Of a DNA stretch of 64,000 bases, positions 37,139 to 46,225 are shown piece after piece. Position numbers and translations under genes: made by a program. The notes below the pieces were generated by a model, which saw only the letters and a program-made list of their open reading frames with translations, had not been told where the DNA came from and did not search any database. The number at the start of each line of letters is the position of its first letter. The first letter of the stretch is position 1. This DNA is from Hyphomicrobiales bacterium (GTDB taxonomy: Bacteria; Pseudomonadota; Alphaproteobacteria; SPJN01): contig SPJN01000001.1 of the NCBI GenBank assembly GCA_006844605.1, positions 74,024 to 138,023 of the forward strand. Direction: 5' to 3'.

Positions 37139-37884
37139 GACTTGTGGGCCTCCGCAGCGATGTTCAGGAAGCTTGGCGGCTCCCCGCCCCCATGAACTTC
37201 AAGCGATGCGCCGCTGATATAGCTGGCCTGATCCGATGTCAGGAACAGGCAGGCCTGCGCGATATCTTCCGGTGTCGCCATACGCTTCATGGGCAGGGCC
37301 GCTTCAATTTTTCGGATACCCTCGTCGCCCGCGTAATGGTCATGGGCCGCTGGGGTCTTGATCAGGCCAGCAATGATGGCGTTGACGCGCACCTTGGGGG
37401 CCCACTCCATCCCCAATGATTGCGTCAGGTTCAGCAGGCCCGCCTTGGCCGCGCCATAGGCTGCGGTCCCGGGGCTGGGGCGCATGCCAGATACGCTGGC
37501 AATATTCACGATCGCGCCACCATCGGTCATGTGTTGATGGGCAGCCTGTGCCAAGTTCAACGGCGCAATCAGGTTCAGCTTGATAATGCTTTCAGAAAAC
37601 CGGGGGGATGCTGTGGCAGCATCCGCCGGGGGACTGCCCCCTGCATTGTTGATCAGAATGTCAAACCGGCCATCCTTCGTGGCAATGTCAGCGATCAATG
37701 TTGCCACCTGTTCCGGGTCGCGAATATCGGCGCTGATGAACTGTGCGGCGCTTTCATTGTCGGGGTTGTTGCGCCCGCAAGTCCAAACCGATGCGCCCGC
37801 AGCAAGATAGGCGTCAGCGATTGCCCTGCCCACGCCGCGCGTGCCGCCGGTGACCAGCACCGTTTTGCCGTTAAAGCCTGTCAT
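37135..37884 (-). CDS. SDR-family oxidoreductase
   Basis: VTGGTRGVGRAIA glycine motif and YGAAKAGL (YxxxK). Overlaps the thioesterase gene by 4 nt, so the two are probably an operon. Confidence 0.85.
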   Translation of the reverse strand: MTGFNGKTVLVTGGTRGVGRAIADAYLAAGASVWTCGRNNPDNESAAQFISADIRDPEQVATLIADIATKDGRFDILINNAGGSPPADAATASPRFSESIIKLNLIAPLNLAQAAHQHMTDGGAIVNIASVSGMRPSPGTAAYGAAKAGLLNLTQSLGMEWAPKVRVNAIIAGLIKTPAAHDHYAGDEGIRKIEAALPMKRMATPEDIAQACLFLTSDQASYISGASLEVHGGGEPPSFLNIAAEAHKS

Positions 37885-38030
37885 GACGTGCCTTCTTTTC
37901 CTGATTCATCTTGCAATTCTACGCAAACCACATAGAATATCGAGCAATAATTTGCCAAATGCGTAAAAAACTATCGTAATTATAACGCATATGGATGGTT
38001 TGGCCTGATTCTTCAGGCAGGGAGGAATAT

Positions 38031-39614
38031 GTGACCGAAACCGGGAAACCTGCGGGTCCGGCGCTTTTGCGCAAGACCATGCCGCAAATGTTGCGGCAGG
38101 CGGCGGCAACTTGGCCTGATCATATCGCAATTTTGGAAGATGGTGAAAGCCTGACCTATCAGGACTTGCTTGCGCAGGCGTCTGAGGTGGCTGCCGGCTT
38201 TGTCAGCGCGGGGCTGGATAAGGGTGACAGGTTTGCAATCTGGGCACCCAATTGCCGTGAATGGATTGTGACCGCGTTGGGTGGTTTGATGGCCGGGTGT
38301 GTGCTTATCCCGATCAATACGCGTTTCAAGGGGAGCGAGGCTGCCGATATTCTGGGCCGTGGCGGGGTGAAGGCCCTGTTCACGGTGAAGGGTTTTTTGG
38401 GGGCCGACTATCCCGCCATGTTGGATGGGTATGACCTGCCCACACTTGATTTAACGGTGCTGTTGCGCGGCGACAACGGGGCCAGTTGGGCCGGCTTTAT
38501 TGACAGTGTAATCGATGAAGATCGCGTCCGCGCCCATGAGCGTGAGGCCGCGCTGCGCCCAGAAGACGTGGCTGATATCTTGTTCACGTCGGGCACGACA
38601 GGCCAGCCCAAGGGGGCAATGACGGCGCATGGACAAAATGTGGCTGTGTTTGATGAATGGGCCAGTCTGATCAGCCTGCATGATCAGGATCGCTATTTGA
38701 TCGTCAATCCATTCTTTCACAGCTTCGGCTATAAGGCAGGCTGGTTTGCCTGCCTGTTAAAGGGGGCAACAGCCTTGCCCCATGCGGTGTTTGATGTGGA
38801 TCAGATATTGGATCGTATCGCCGCTGACAAGGTTACGGTGTTGCCGGGGCCGCCAACCATTTTCCAAAGCCTGATAAATCACGCCGGGTTGGCGGGGGCC
38901 GATATCAGCAGCCTGCGTGCCACGGTGACGGGCGCGGCGTCCATCCCTGTGCATTTGGTTGAACAGATGAAGCAGGTGCTGGGCTTTGACATTGTGTTAA
39001 CCGCCTACGGCCTGACTGAGGCGACGGGCACTGTCACCATGTGTCGACCCGAAGATGATTTTGAAACCATTGCCAACACGTCTGGCCGCGCCATTCCGTT
39101 TGTGGAGGTGAAATGCGTGGACGGGCAGGGCAATGCCGTGCCCGCGGATGAGGCAGGGGAAGTGCTGATCCGTGGTTATAATGTGATGCAGGGCTATCTT
39201 GATAATCAGGCCGCCACAGATGACGCGATCACAGATGATGGTTGGTTGAGGACCGGTGACATCGGCATTCTGGACGCGCACGGTTATTTGCGTATCACTG
39301 ACCGGGCGAAGGACATGTTCATTACCGGTGGGTTTAATTGTTATCCGGCTGAAATTGAAAACACATTATTGCGGCATGACGCTGTGGCTGACGCTGCGGT
39401 TATCAGCGCGCCTGACGACAGAATGGGTGAAGTTGCCCATGCCTTTATCGTGTTGAAGGCAGGGCAGGTGTTAGAGGCCAATGAGTTGATTGGCTGGGCA
39501 CGTCATGAGATGGCGAATTATAAAGTGCCGCGACTTGTCAGTTTTGTGGACGAGTTGCCGCGCAACGCTTCAGGAAAAGTACAGAAATTCAAATTACGGG
39601 ATTTGGCTGCATGA
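38031..39614 (+). CDS. AMP-dependent acyl-CoA synthetase/ligase (class I adenylate-forming)
   Basis: AMP-binding motifs FTSGTTGQPKG and YGLTE, and TGDIG with a C-terminal GKVQK. GTG at 38031 has a GGAGG 7 nt upstream. The stop overlaps the next start. Confidence 0.8.
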   Translation: MTETGKPAGPALLRKTMPQMLRQAAATWPDHIAILEDGESLTYQDLLAQASEVAAGFVSAGLDKGDRFAIWAPNCREWIVTALGGLMAGCVLIPINTRFKGSEAADILGRGGVKALFTVKGFLGADYPAMLDGYDLPTLDLTVLLRGDNGASWAGFIDSVIDEDRVRAHEREAALRPEDVADILFTSGTTGQPKGAMTAHGQNVAVFDEWASLISLHDQDRYLIVNPFFHSFGYKAGWFACLLKGATALPHAVFDVDQILDRIAADKVTVLPGPPTIFQSLINHAGLAGADISSLRATVTGAASIPVHLVEQMKQVLGFDIVLTAYGLTEATGTVTMCRPEDDFETIANTSGRAIPFVEVKCVDGQGNAVPADEAGEVLIRGYNVMQGYLDNQAATDDAITDDGWLRTGDIGILDAHGYLRITDRAKDMFITGGFNCYPAEIENTLLRHDAVADAAVISAPDDRMGEVAHAFIVLKAGQVLEANELIGWARHEMANYKVPRLVSFVDELPRNASGKVQKFKLRDLAA

Positions 39615-41410
39615 CAATATCACGCGAAGAAACGCAGGAAAAAATCAACCGCCAGATTTTTGGCGCGAGCAAGAACAAGCCCAGTCAAGCACATTGTGTG
39701 GCTGATCGTTATGAACAATGGGCAACCGAACGGCCCGATGTGCCCGCCGTACTTTATCAGGACCGGGTGTTAAGTTACGCGGACCTTGACGCGGCTGCCA
39801 ATCAGTTGGCTGTTGTGCTGCATAACAAGGGTGTGGAACGCGGTGATGTGGTGGCGTTCGGTATGGAGAACCGCCCAGAGTTTTATGTTGGGGTTTTGGC
39901 GCTGGCCAAATTGGGTGCTGTTGGGTCCCTGATCAATATTCAGCAGGTTGGCGATCGGCTGGTTTATTCGGTTGAAAAAGTAACGCCAAAACTTGTTCTG
40001 TTTGGCTCTGAATGTATTGCAAGTTTACAGGCCGCGTGGCCAACACCGACCGCGCCCGTATTGGTCTGGCAGGACCCTGAATCGCCACAAGATGCGGGCA
40101 GCTATGCCGAGGATATTACCGATGTTATCGCCGCAGCCGACCCGGGGGGCTATGACAAGTCATGGCGTGATGGATTGGTGGCGGGTGACATGTTCGTCTA
40201 TGTCTTCACGTCAGGCACGACAGGCTTCCCCAAGGCGGCAAAGCTGTCCCATGTGCGTTGGTTGAATACCGGCGATGGGATGAGCGCGCTTTTGGAATTT
40301 CGTCCAGATGACGTGTTCTATTGCACCTTGCCGCTTTACCATTCGGCGGGGCTGATGTCGTTAACGTCGATGTGTTTGGCGGTGGGCGGCACGATGGCGA
40401 TGCGGCGCAAATTCTCTGTCTCGCAATTCTGGGACGATATCCGCAAACATAACGTAACCGTGACGCAATATATTGGCGAGATGTGCCGTTATCTGATGGC
40501 ACAGCCGGAACAGGCTGATGATGCAGACAATCCGCTGCGCGCCATGATCGGTAGTTCCATCGGGATGGATATCTGGGCCGCGTTTAAGGAACGCTTTGCA
40601 GTTGACCAGATTTTTGAAGGGTGGGGGGCAACAGAAGCCAATACCGGCATGACCAATGTTGACGAAAAAATCGGTGCTGTTGGCCGTGTGCCCTTCAAGG
40701 AGATGAGCAATATTCGCCTCGTCCGTTTTGATGTCGAAGCGGACGATCACATCCGTGATGAAAATGGCTTCTTGATTGAGTGTGAGCCTGATCAGCCCGG
40801 TGAGGTTGTGGCACGTATCTTGGCGCTGCCCGATAGTGCTGCTGGACGGTTCGAAGGCTACACGGATGCGGAGGCGACTGAGGCAAAAATCCTGCGCAAT
40901 GTGTTTGAGGAAGGCGATGCCTATTTCCGTTCAGGTGATTTGATGAAGCGGGATGCGGATGATTATTTCTATTTCCTTGATCGCATCGGCGATACGTTCC
41001 GGTGGAAGTCGGAAAATGTGTCCACGATGGAAGTGGCAGAAGAATTGTCGGGCTTTGACGGTATTGCCTTTTGCAACTGTTATGGTGTGCGTGTGCCGGG
41101 CACCGAAGGGCGCGCGGGTATGGTGGCGCTGGGCCTGAAAGACGGGGCAAGTTTTGATGCTGTGGGCTTCTACAAATTTGCCAAGGAGCGTCTGGCCCAT
41201 TACGCCGTGCCGCTGTTTGTCCGCATTGCCGAGGAATTGGACATGACCTCCACGCTCAAGATGCGCAAAGTGGATTTTCAGCGGCAGGGGTATGACCCTG
41301 CGGCGATGGATGATCCGCTTTATGTGATTGATGATGCGGCAGGGGCTTATGTACCGCTGAATGATCAGGCGCTATCAAATGCAGGCTTGGCACCGTTTGA
41401 CGGGGACTGA
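39611..41410 (+). CDS. FATP/very-long-chain acyl-CoA synthetase-like ligase (bile-acid-CoA-ligase-related subfamily)
   Basis: FVYVFTSGTTGFPKAAKLSHVRW and YRSGDLMKRD are FATP/FadD6-like signatures. 599 aa. Confidence 0.75.
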   Translation: MTISREETQEKINRQIFGASKNKPSQAHCVADRYEQWATERPDVPAVLYQDRVLSYADLDAAANQLAVVLHNKGVERGDVVAFGMENRPEFYVGVLALAKLGAVGSLINIQQVGDRLVYSVEKVTPKLVLFGSECIASLQAAWPTPTAPVLVWQDPESPQDAGSYAEDITDVIAAADPGGYDKSWRDGLVAGDMFVYVFTSGTTGFPKAAKLSHVRWLNTGDGMSALLEFRPDDVFYCTLPLYHSAGLMSLTSMCLAVGGTMAMRRKFSVSQFWDDIRKHNVTVTQYIGEMCRYLMAQPEQADDADNPLRAMIGSSIGMDIWAAFKERFAVDQIFEGWGATEANTGMTNVDEKIGAVGRVPFKEMSNIRLVRFDVEADDHIRDENGFLIECEPDQPGEVVARILALPDSAAGRFEGYTDAEATEAKILRNVFEEGDAYFRSGDLMKRDADDYFYFLDRIGDTFRWKSENVSTMEVAEELSGFDGIAFCNCYGVRVPGTEGRAGMVALGLKDGASFDAVGFYKFAKERLAHYAVPLFVRIAEELDMTSTLKMRKVDFQRQGYDPAAMDDPLYVIDDAAGAYVPLNDQALSNAGLAPFDGD

Positions 41411-41443
41411 CCCTATCTGGCCACAAATGAATTCACACAAAGA

Positions 41444-41476
41444 AAAAGGCCGGTCGCAAGACCGGCCTTTCTAATT
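41444..41476. terminator. bidirectional rho-independent terminator (GGCCGGTC-gcaa-GACCGGCC flanked by A- and T-runs)
   Basis: Seen directly between convergent genes. Confidence 0.65.
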
Positions 41477-41494
41477 CTGTATGTCGGTTAGGTC

Positions 41495-42826
41495 TTAAAG
41501 ACCCAGACCGATCAGACCCAAAATGGTGTCGGGGCCGAAGCCTGCGCCACCACCGCTGGGTGACAGACCTTTAAGGTTGATCAGCATTGTGGTCGGGTCA
41601 GTGTTGCCACCAACGGCTTCCAGAATGGTGATCTCTGTCAGGCCTGATGCATCGCTAAGCGGTGCCAATAACGGCAGGCCAATTTCCAACAGGGCGTCGG
41701 AACCGGCTGCGCCGGGCTGACCGGAAACCCCAATGGCAACCAGTGATTCCAGATCAGGAATGCCTGAAGGGGCACCTGACGGTGCGCTACCTGCATCAAG
41801 GTTCAGCAATGCTGTGGCAGGATCAGTGTTGCCGTTAATCGCTTCCAGAACAGAAATGTTGACATTCTCGCCACCGTCAAACACCTGCAGGGCAGACGCC
41901 TGTACGATATTGTTCTTGGAACCACCAGCGGGGTCGTTACCAATCACAACATCGGCAAGTGAGCTTTGGTTGGCTGCAGATGCCGGATCACTTGAAAGAC
42001 CGGTCAGGCCCTGACCAACAGCAACCGCAATAACGGAACCATTGTCGCCAGAGGCACCACCGAAGCTCAAGCTACCATTTTGATCTGATGTGGCGTCGTC
42101 AGCTGCTGAGCTGGCCAAATCACCATCAAGGCCGTCTGCTGAACCATCATCATTAACGTCATCGCTGGCAATTGCATCGCCTGATGCGCTGGGATCGTCC
42201 AAGCTATCGTCACCGTCGCCGTCACCGGCTGCTGCAACATCGTCGCCTGAATCAGCGCCGTCTGTTGTGTCGTCACTGGCATCACCGAACAGATCATCGC
42301 CTGCATCGGTGTCGGTGCCGCCTGTTGTGTCGTCAGCGAACAGATCGTCGAACTCATCTGCGTCGTCAGCTTCTGCTGCCTCATCGGCGGCATCACCGGC
42401 GTCGGCCATGTCGTCGGCAACGTCATCATCGGCTGCATCTTCTGCAACCTGATCATCACCCGCGGCGTCATCACCGGTTTCGGCTGTTTCTTCTTCGTCA
42501 CCGAAAAGGTCTTCATCATCGGCGAACAAGTCTTCTTCTTCGTCTGATTCTTCAGCGAACAAGTCTTCTTCTTCGTCGGCACTTTCATCGTCGGTCATGA
42601 AGTCGGCGAAAAGATCATCTTCATCTTCCGCATCTTCGGTTTTACATTCGTCAGGAATATCCTGTTCCAGAAAACCAAGTGCTGCGGCGTCTTTATATTC
42701 GGCGCACTTGTCTTCTTGTGCTGCCATATCTTCCTGCGCGTCAACGAAGGAAGGGGCACCAATTGACAAGATGCCTGCGAATGCGATGGCGCTGATGCCA
42801 CCCAAAAGTTTGTGACGGATAGACAT
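41495..42826 (-). CDS. secreted polyacidic repeat protein (hypothetical)
   Basis: Signal peptide, about 250 aa of D/E-rich low complexity with repeated (E/D)DLF(A/G)D units, then a C-terminal Gly/Ser-rich region with two ~25-aa repeats (LEA(I/V)NGNTDP.T.L.NL). Confidence 0.6.
   Translation of the reverse strand: MSIRHKLLGGISAIAFAGILSIGAPSFVDAQEDMAAQEDKCAEYKDAAALGFLEQDIPDECKTEDAEDEDDLFADFMTDDESADEEEDLFAEESDEEEDLFADDEDLFGDEEETAETGDDAAGDDQVAEDAADDDVADDMADAGDAADEAAEADDADEFDDLFADDTTGGTDTDAGDDLFGDASDDTTDGADSGDDVAAAGDGDGDDSLDDPSASGDAIASDDVNDDGSADGLDGDLASSAADDATSDQNGSLSFGGASGDNGSVIAVAVGQGLTGLSSDPASAANQSSLADVVIGNDPAGGSKNNIVQASALQVFDGGENVNISVLEAINGNTDPATALLNLDAGSAPSGAPSGIPDLESLVAIGVSGQPGAAGSDALLEIGLPLLAPLSDASGLTEITILEAVGGNTDPTTMLINLKGLSPSGGGAGFGPDTILGLIGLGL
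42490..42600. repeat. intragenic 33-bp tandem repeats (GCGAACAAGTCTTCTTCTTCGTC at 42522 and 42555) encoding EEEDLFA units
   Basis: A 23-bp perfect direct repeat with 33-bp period, seen directly. Confidence 0.6.
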
Positions 42827-43054
42827 GATAACTCCACTTAATACGCGTAAACCCGCTGAGTGAGACGGATATTAAACCATTCTACTAATTGTGCTAGCCC
42901 CCAAAGCTACTGAATCGGCGTTATAGGCAATGTGGCGTTGCAAACATGTCCCATATTGGTCGGGATTACTAACAGACCGTTAATTCGGCCTTGATTTGCA
43001 GCGCCGGGTGCTATTCATTGTGCGTGAGGATGATTGTTTCAGAAGGAAATTCCT

Positions 43055-44437
43055 ATGCGTATTGCGTCTAAAGCGTCCTTTTCTAGGAAATTGATGGCTT
43101 CGACCGCACTGGTTGGTGCGTTAACCATTGGCATCATTGGGGGTGCCACGACTGCTCAAGCTGACGAAATGATGTCAGCGCAGGAGCGTGCTTCGCTTGA
43201 AGCGTCGCTAGAGCAGCAGCGTCTTGCCGCCCTTGCACAGCCCAGCAACATGCAAATTCAATTTGAACGTGCAATGACAGCCAAAAAATTGGGATACACG
43301 GATGAAGCGATCCGCGTTCTGTCAATGATGGTTGATCAGCAGCCCGGCCTTGCCCGTGCAGAGCTGGAATTGGCTGCTTTATACTACCAGTCAGGTGATT
43401 ACGAAAAAGCTAAGCCCCATTTTGAGGCTGCCGCCGCATCACCTAAAGCATCTGTTGAGCTTAAAGAGCGTATCGCTGTTTATCTTGAATCAATCGACAA
43501 CAAGCTGCGCCGGTCATTGACCACAGGCACATTGGTTGTCGGTGTGGGCTTCCAGACCAACGCCAATGGCGGTTCTGACGATTTCGCCAATACGGCCAAT
43601 ATCTCAGAAGTGGCTGAAGCTGACGACTTTAATCTGTTCGCGTCATTGGGCGTCAATCACAATCGTAAGGTTGGCGAATCAGACCGTACGGTTTGGGAAA
43701 ACAGCGGGAACCTGTATGGCTCCTTGCAGCTTGACGTTGATGAATTGAATCTGATGTATGCTGAAGTGTCATCAGGCCTGAAATTCGGTCTTGCTAATGA
43801 CAATCCCATGTCATTGAACATCAAGCCCTATGTGAAGCTTGGCTACCTGTTCCTTGAAGACACAACCTACCTGACGTCACCGTCAGCAGGTGCAGTCATG
43901 AACATGCAGCTTGGCGACAATATGGTTCTGGGCGTTGGTTACGACTTTACGCTTGAGATGTACAATAACAGCGACACGCGTACACGCGCCGAAGATCGTG
44001 ATGGCGATGACCATATGCTGACAGTCAGCCTGGGTATTGCTGCAACACAGCAGGATGTTTTGTCCTTCCAGCTGGATGCGGGCAAGAAATCAGCAGACAG
44101 GGATGAATGGTCATTTGATTCATTGGGCCTGTCAGCACGTTACTCACATAGCTTCGCTGAAGCCATCGTGCCGGGCACACTTGCCGGTACGTTAAGCCTT
44201 GGCGCGTCATATTACATGTCTGAATATGATGCCGCTGACCAAAATCTTACCGCAGTGGGTCTGGGCACGATTGTTCGTGAAGATGATCGTTTCGTTGTTG
44301 ACGCCGGTGCCGTGTTGCCGCTGTCAGACACAATGGGCATTTCAGTGGGCGCAAGCTACACCATGCAGGACTCAAACGTGTCCTTGTATGAATATGACAA
44401 TCTGCGTGTCTTGGCCGGGGTTGCATTCGCACTCTAA
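43055..44437 (+). CDS. outer-membrane protein with N-terminal TPR-like helical domain and C-terminal beta-barrel (DUF560/Slam-like, putative)
   Basis: Signal peptide, a helical TPR-like segment (AELELAALYYQSGDYEKAKPHFEAA), then about 300 aa of alternating amphipathic beta-strand pattern ending ...LAGVAFAL. An AGAAGGA RBS precedes the ATG at 43055. Confidence 0.5.
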   Translation: MRIASKASFSRKLMASTALVGALTIGIIGGATTAQADEMMSAQERASLEASLEQQRLAALAQPSNMQIQFERAMTAKKLGYTDEAIRVLSMMVDQQPGLARAELELAALYYQSGDYEKAKPHFEAAAASPKASVELKERIAVYLESIDNKLRRSLTTGTLVVGVGFQTNANGGSDDFANTANISEVAEADDFNLFASLGVNHNRKVGESDRTVWENSGNLYGSLQLDVDELNLMYAEVSSGLKFGLANDNPMSLNIKPYVKLGYLFLEDTTYLTSPSAGAVMNMQLGDNMVLGVGYDFTLEMYNNSDTRTRAEDRDGDDHMLTVSLGIAATQQDVLSFQLDAGKKSADRDEWSFDSLGLSARYSHSFAEAIVPGTLAGTLSLGASYYMSEYDAADQNLTAVGLGTIVREDDRFVVDAGAVLPLSDTMGISVGASYTMQDSNVSLYEYDNLRVLAGVAFAL

Positions 44438-44460
44438 GCTTTCACACAGCAGAACAAATA

Positions 44461-44495
44461 AAACCCCGGATCGGCTGATCCGGGGTTTTTCTTTT
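44461..44495. terminator. bidirectional rho-independent terminator (CCCCGGATC-ggct-GATCCGGGG + TTTTTCTTTTG)
   Basis: Seen directly between convergent genes. Confidence 0.7.
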
Positions 44496-44556
44496 GTCTG
44501 GTTCTTGTCTGCCCGGGCATGGCGCTGGGCCACACCCGGATAGTGAGGAGTTCGGC

Positions 44557-46059
44557 TTACTTCATTGTCGGAATGACAAAGCTGGCGCCATCGCGTGCTG
44601 AATGATCAGGCCAACGGGCCGTCACGGTCTTGACCTTGGTCCAGAATTTCACGCCCTCTGTCCCGTGTTGGTTGGTGTCGCCGAAGGCTGACCGTTTCCA
44701 CCCACCAAAGGAATGATAGGCAAGCGGTACCGGGATCGGCACATTGATGCCAACCATGCCAACATTCACCTTGGCGGCAAACGTGCGGGCCGCATCGCCA
44801 TCGCGAGTAAAGATCGCAACGCCGTTGCCATATTGATGGCGTGATGGCAGGGCAACGGCTTCTTCAAAATCATTGGCGCGCATGATTGACAGAACCGGGC
44901 CAAAAATCTCTTCCTTATAGATCGTCATGTCGGGTGTGACGTGATCGAACAGGCAACCGCCCATAAAGAAACCGTCTTCATGGCCTTGCAGTTTGAAGTC
45001 ACGGCCATCGACCAGCAGCTTTGCGCCTTCCTTGATGCCGATATCAACATAGTTCTTGATCTTGGCAAGGTGGGCTGCGGTCACGACCGGGCCAAAATCG
45101 GCATCCGGGTCGGTGGCTGTGCCAACGCGCAGGGCTTCAACGCGGGGGATCAGCTTTTCTACCAAGGCGTCAGCGGTTTCATCACCAACCGTTACGACCT
45201 GACTGATCGCCATGCAGCGTTCCCCGGCAGAGCCAAAGCCCGCACCGATCAGTGCGTCAGATACTTGGTCAAGATCGGCGTCAGGCATGATGATCGCGTG
45301 GTTCTTTGCGCCGCCCATTGCCTGCACACGCTTGCCGTTGGCCGCGCCGGTTGCATAGATGTATTCAGCGATGTCCGAGCTGCCGACAAAGCTGACCGCT
45401 TCAACCCGCGGATCGGTTAGAATTGTATCAACGGCTTCCTTGTCACCAACCACGATATTCAGCACGCCTTCGGGGGCGCCGGCTTCCAACATCAATTCGC
45501 CAAGGCGCAAGGGTAGTGATGGGTCACGTTCTGACGGTTTGCAAACAAATGTGTTGCCGCACGCTATGGCAACACCGAACATCCACATAGGGATCATGGC
45601 GGGGAAGTTGAACGGTGTGATGCCGGCGCAAACACCAAGGGGTTGGCGCATGGAATACATGTCGATGCCGGGGCCTGCACCTTCGGTGAACTCACCTTTT
45701 TGCAGGTGGGGGATACCGCAGGCAAATTCGATCACTTCGATGCCGCGTTGAATGTCGCCCTTTGAATCAGCGACGACCTTGCCATGTTCGCGTGACAGCA
45801 TTTCGGCCAGCGAGTCCATCTCGCGCTCGACCAATTCCTTGAACTTGAACATCACCCGCGCCCGTTTTTGCGGGTTGGTGGCGGCCCATTCAGGGAAGGC
45901 GGCCTGCGCAGCGGCGATGGCGTCCTGCACTTCTTCGGTTGCGGCAAGCGGTGCCTTGGCCTGCACTTCCCCGGTTGAGGGGTCATAGACGTCGTGGAAC
46001 CGGCCAGAGCGGCCTTCGACCACTTTACCGTTGATGAAATGGGTCAATGTTTTGGTCAT
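44557..46059 (-). CDS. mmsA: CoA-acylating methylmalonate-semialdehyde dehydrogenase
   Basis: ALDH family with catalytic Cys (FGSAGERCMA) and an N-terminus MTKTLTHFINGK typical of MmsA. The ATG at 46059 has a GGGAGA RBS. Confidence 0.85.
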   Translation of the reverse strand: MTKTLTHFINGKVVEGRSGRFHDVYDPSTGEVQAKAPLAATEEVQDAIAAAQAAFPEWAATNPQKRARVMFKFKELVEREMDSLAEMLSREHGKVVADSKGDIQRGIEVIEFACGIPHLQKGEFTEGAGPGIDMYSMRQPLGVCAGITPFNFPAMIPMWMFGVAIACGNTFVCKPSERDPSLPLRLGELMLEAGAPEGVLNIVVGDKEAVDTILTDPRVEAVSFVGSSDIAEYIYATGAANGKRVQAMGGAKNHAIIMPDADLDQVSDALIGAGFGSAGERCMAISQVVTVGDETADALVEKLIPRVEALRVGTATDPDADFGPVVTAAHLAKIKNYVDIGIKEGAKLLVDGRDFKLQGHEDGFFMGGCLFDHVTPDMTIYKEEIFGPVLSIMRANDFEEAVALPSRHQYGNGVAIFTRDGDAARTFAAKVNVGMVGINVPIPVPLAYHSFGGWKRSAFGDTNQHGTEGVKFWTKVKTVTARWPDHSARDGASFVIPTMK

Positions 46060-46138
46060 GCGGATCTCCCTTAAAATAGTTGCAGGCAGTCTATGCCCTG
46101 ATAAAACGCAATTAAAGATTGAATTTGACAATATTGAC

Positions 46139-46152
46139 TTGCATATTTGCAA
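46139..46152. promoter_or_regulatory. LysR-type T-N11-A box (TTGCA-TATT-TGCAA dyad)
   Basis: A perfect dyad in the mmsA/LysR divergent intergenic region. Confidence 0.45.
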
Positions 46153-46225
46153 TATAAACTGGTGTTAGGGGTGCTATGGCCAACAAAATTGGGAGGCTAT
46201 AGCCGACAAAAAGGAAGGGCTGGCA

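Noticed and set aside
42090-42600. Plus-strand ORFs (120 and 142 aa; Ser/Ala-rich and Arg/His-rich) opposite the acidic repeat gene
   Set aside because: They are reverse-frame artefacts of the GA/TC-rich 33-bp tandem repeats. The minus-strand gene has a signal peptide and a continuous 443-aa frame.
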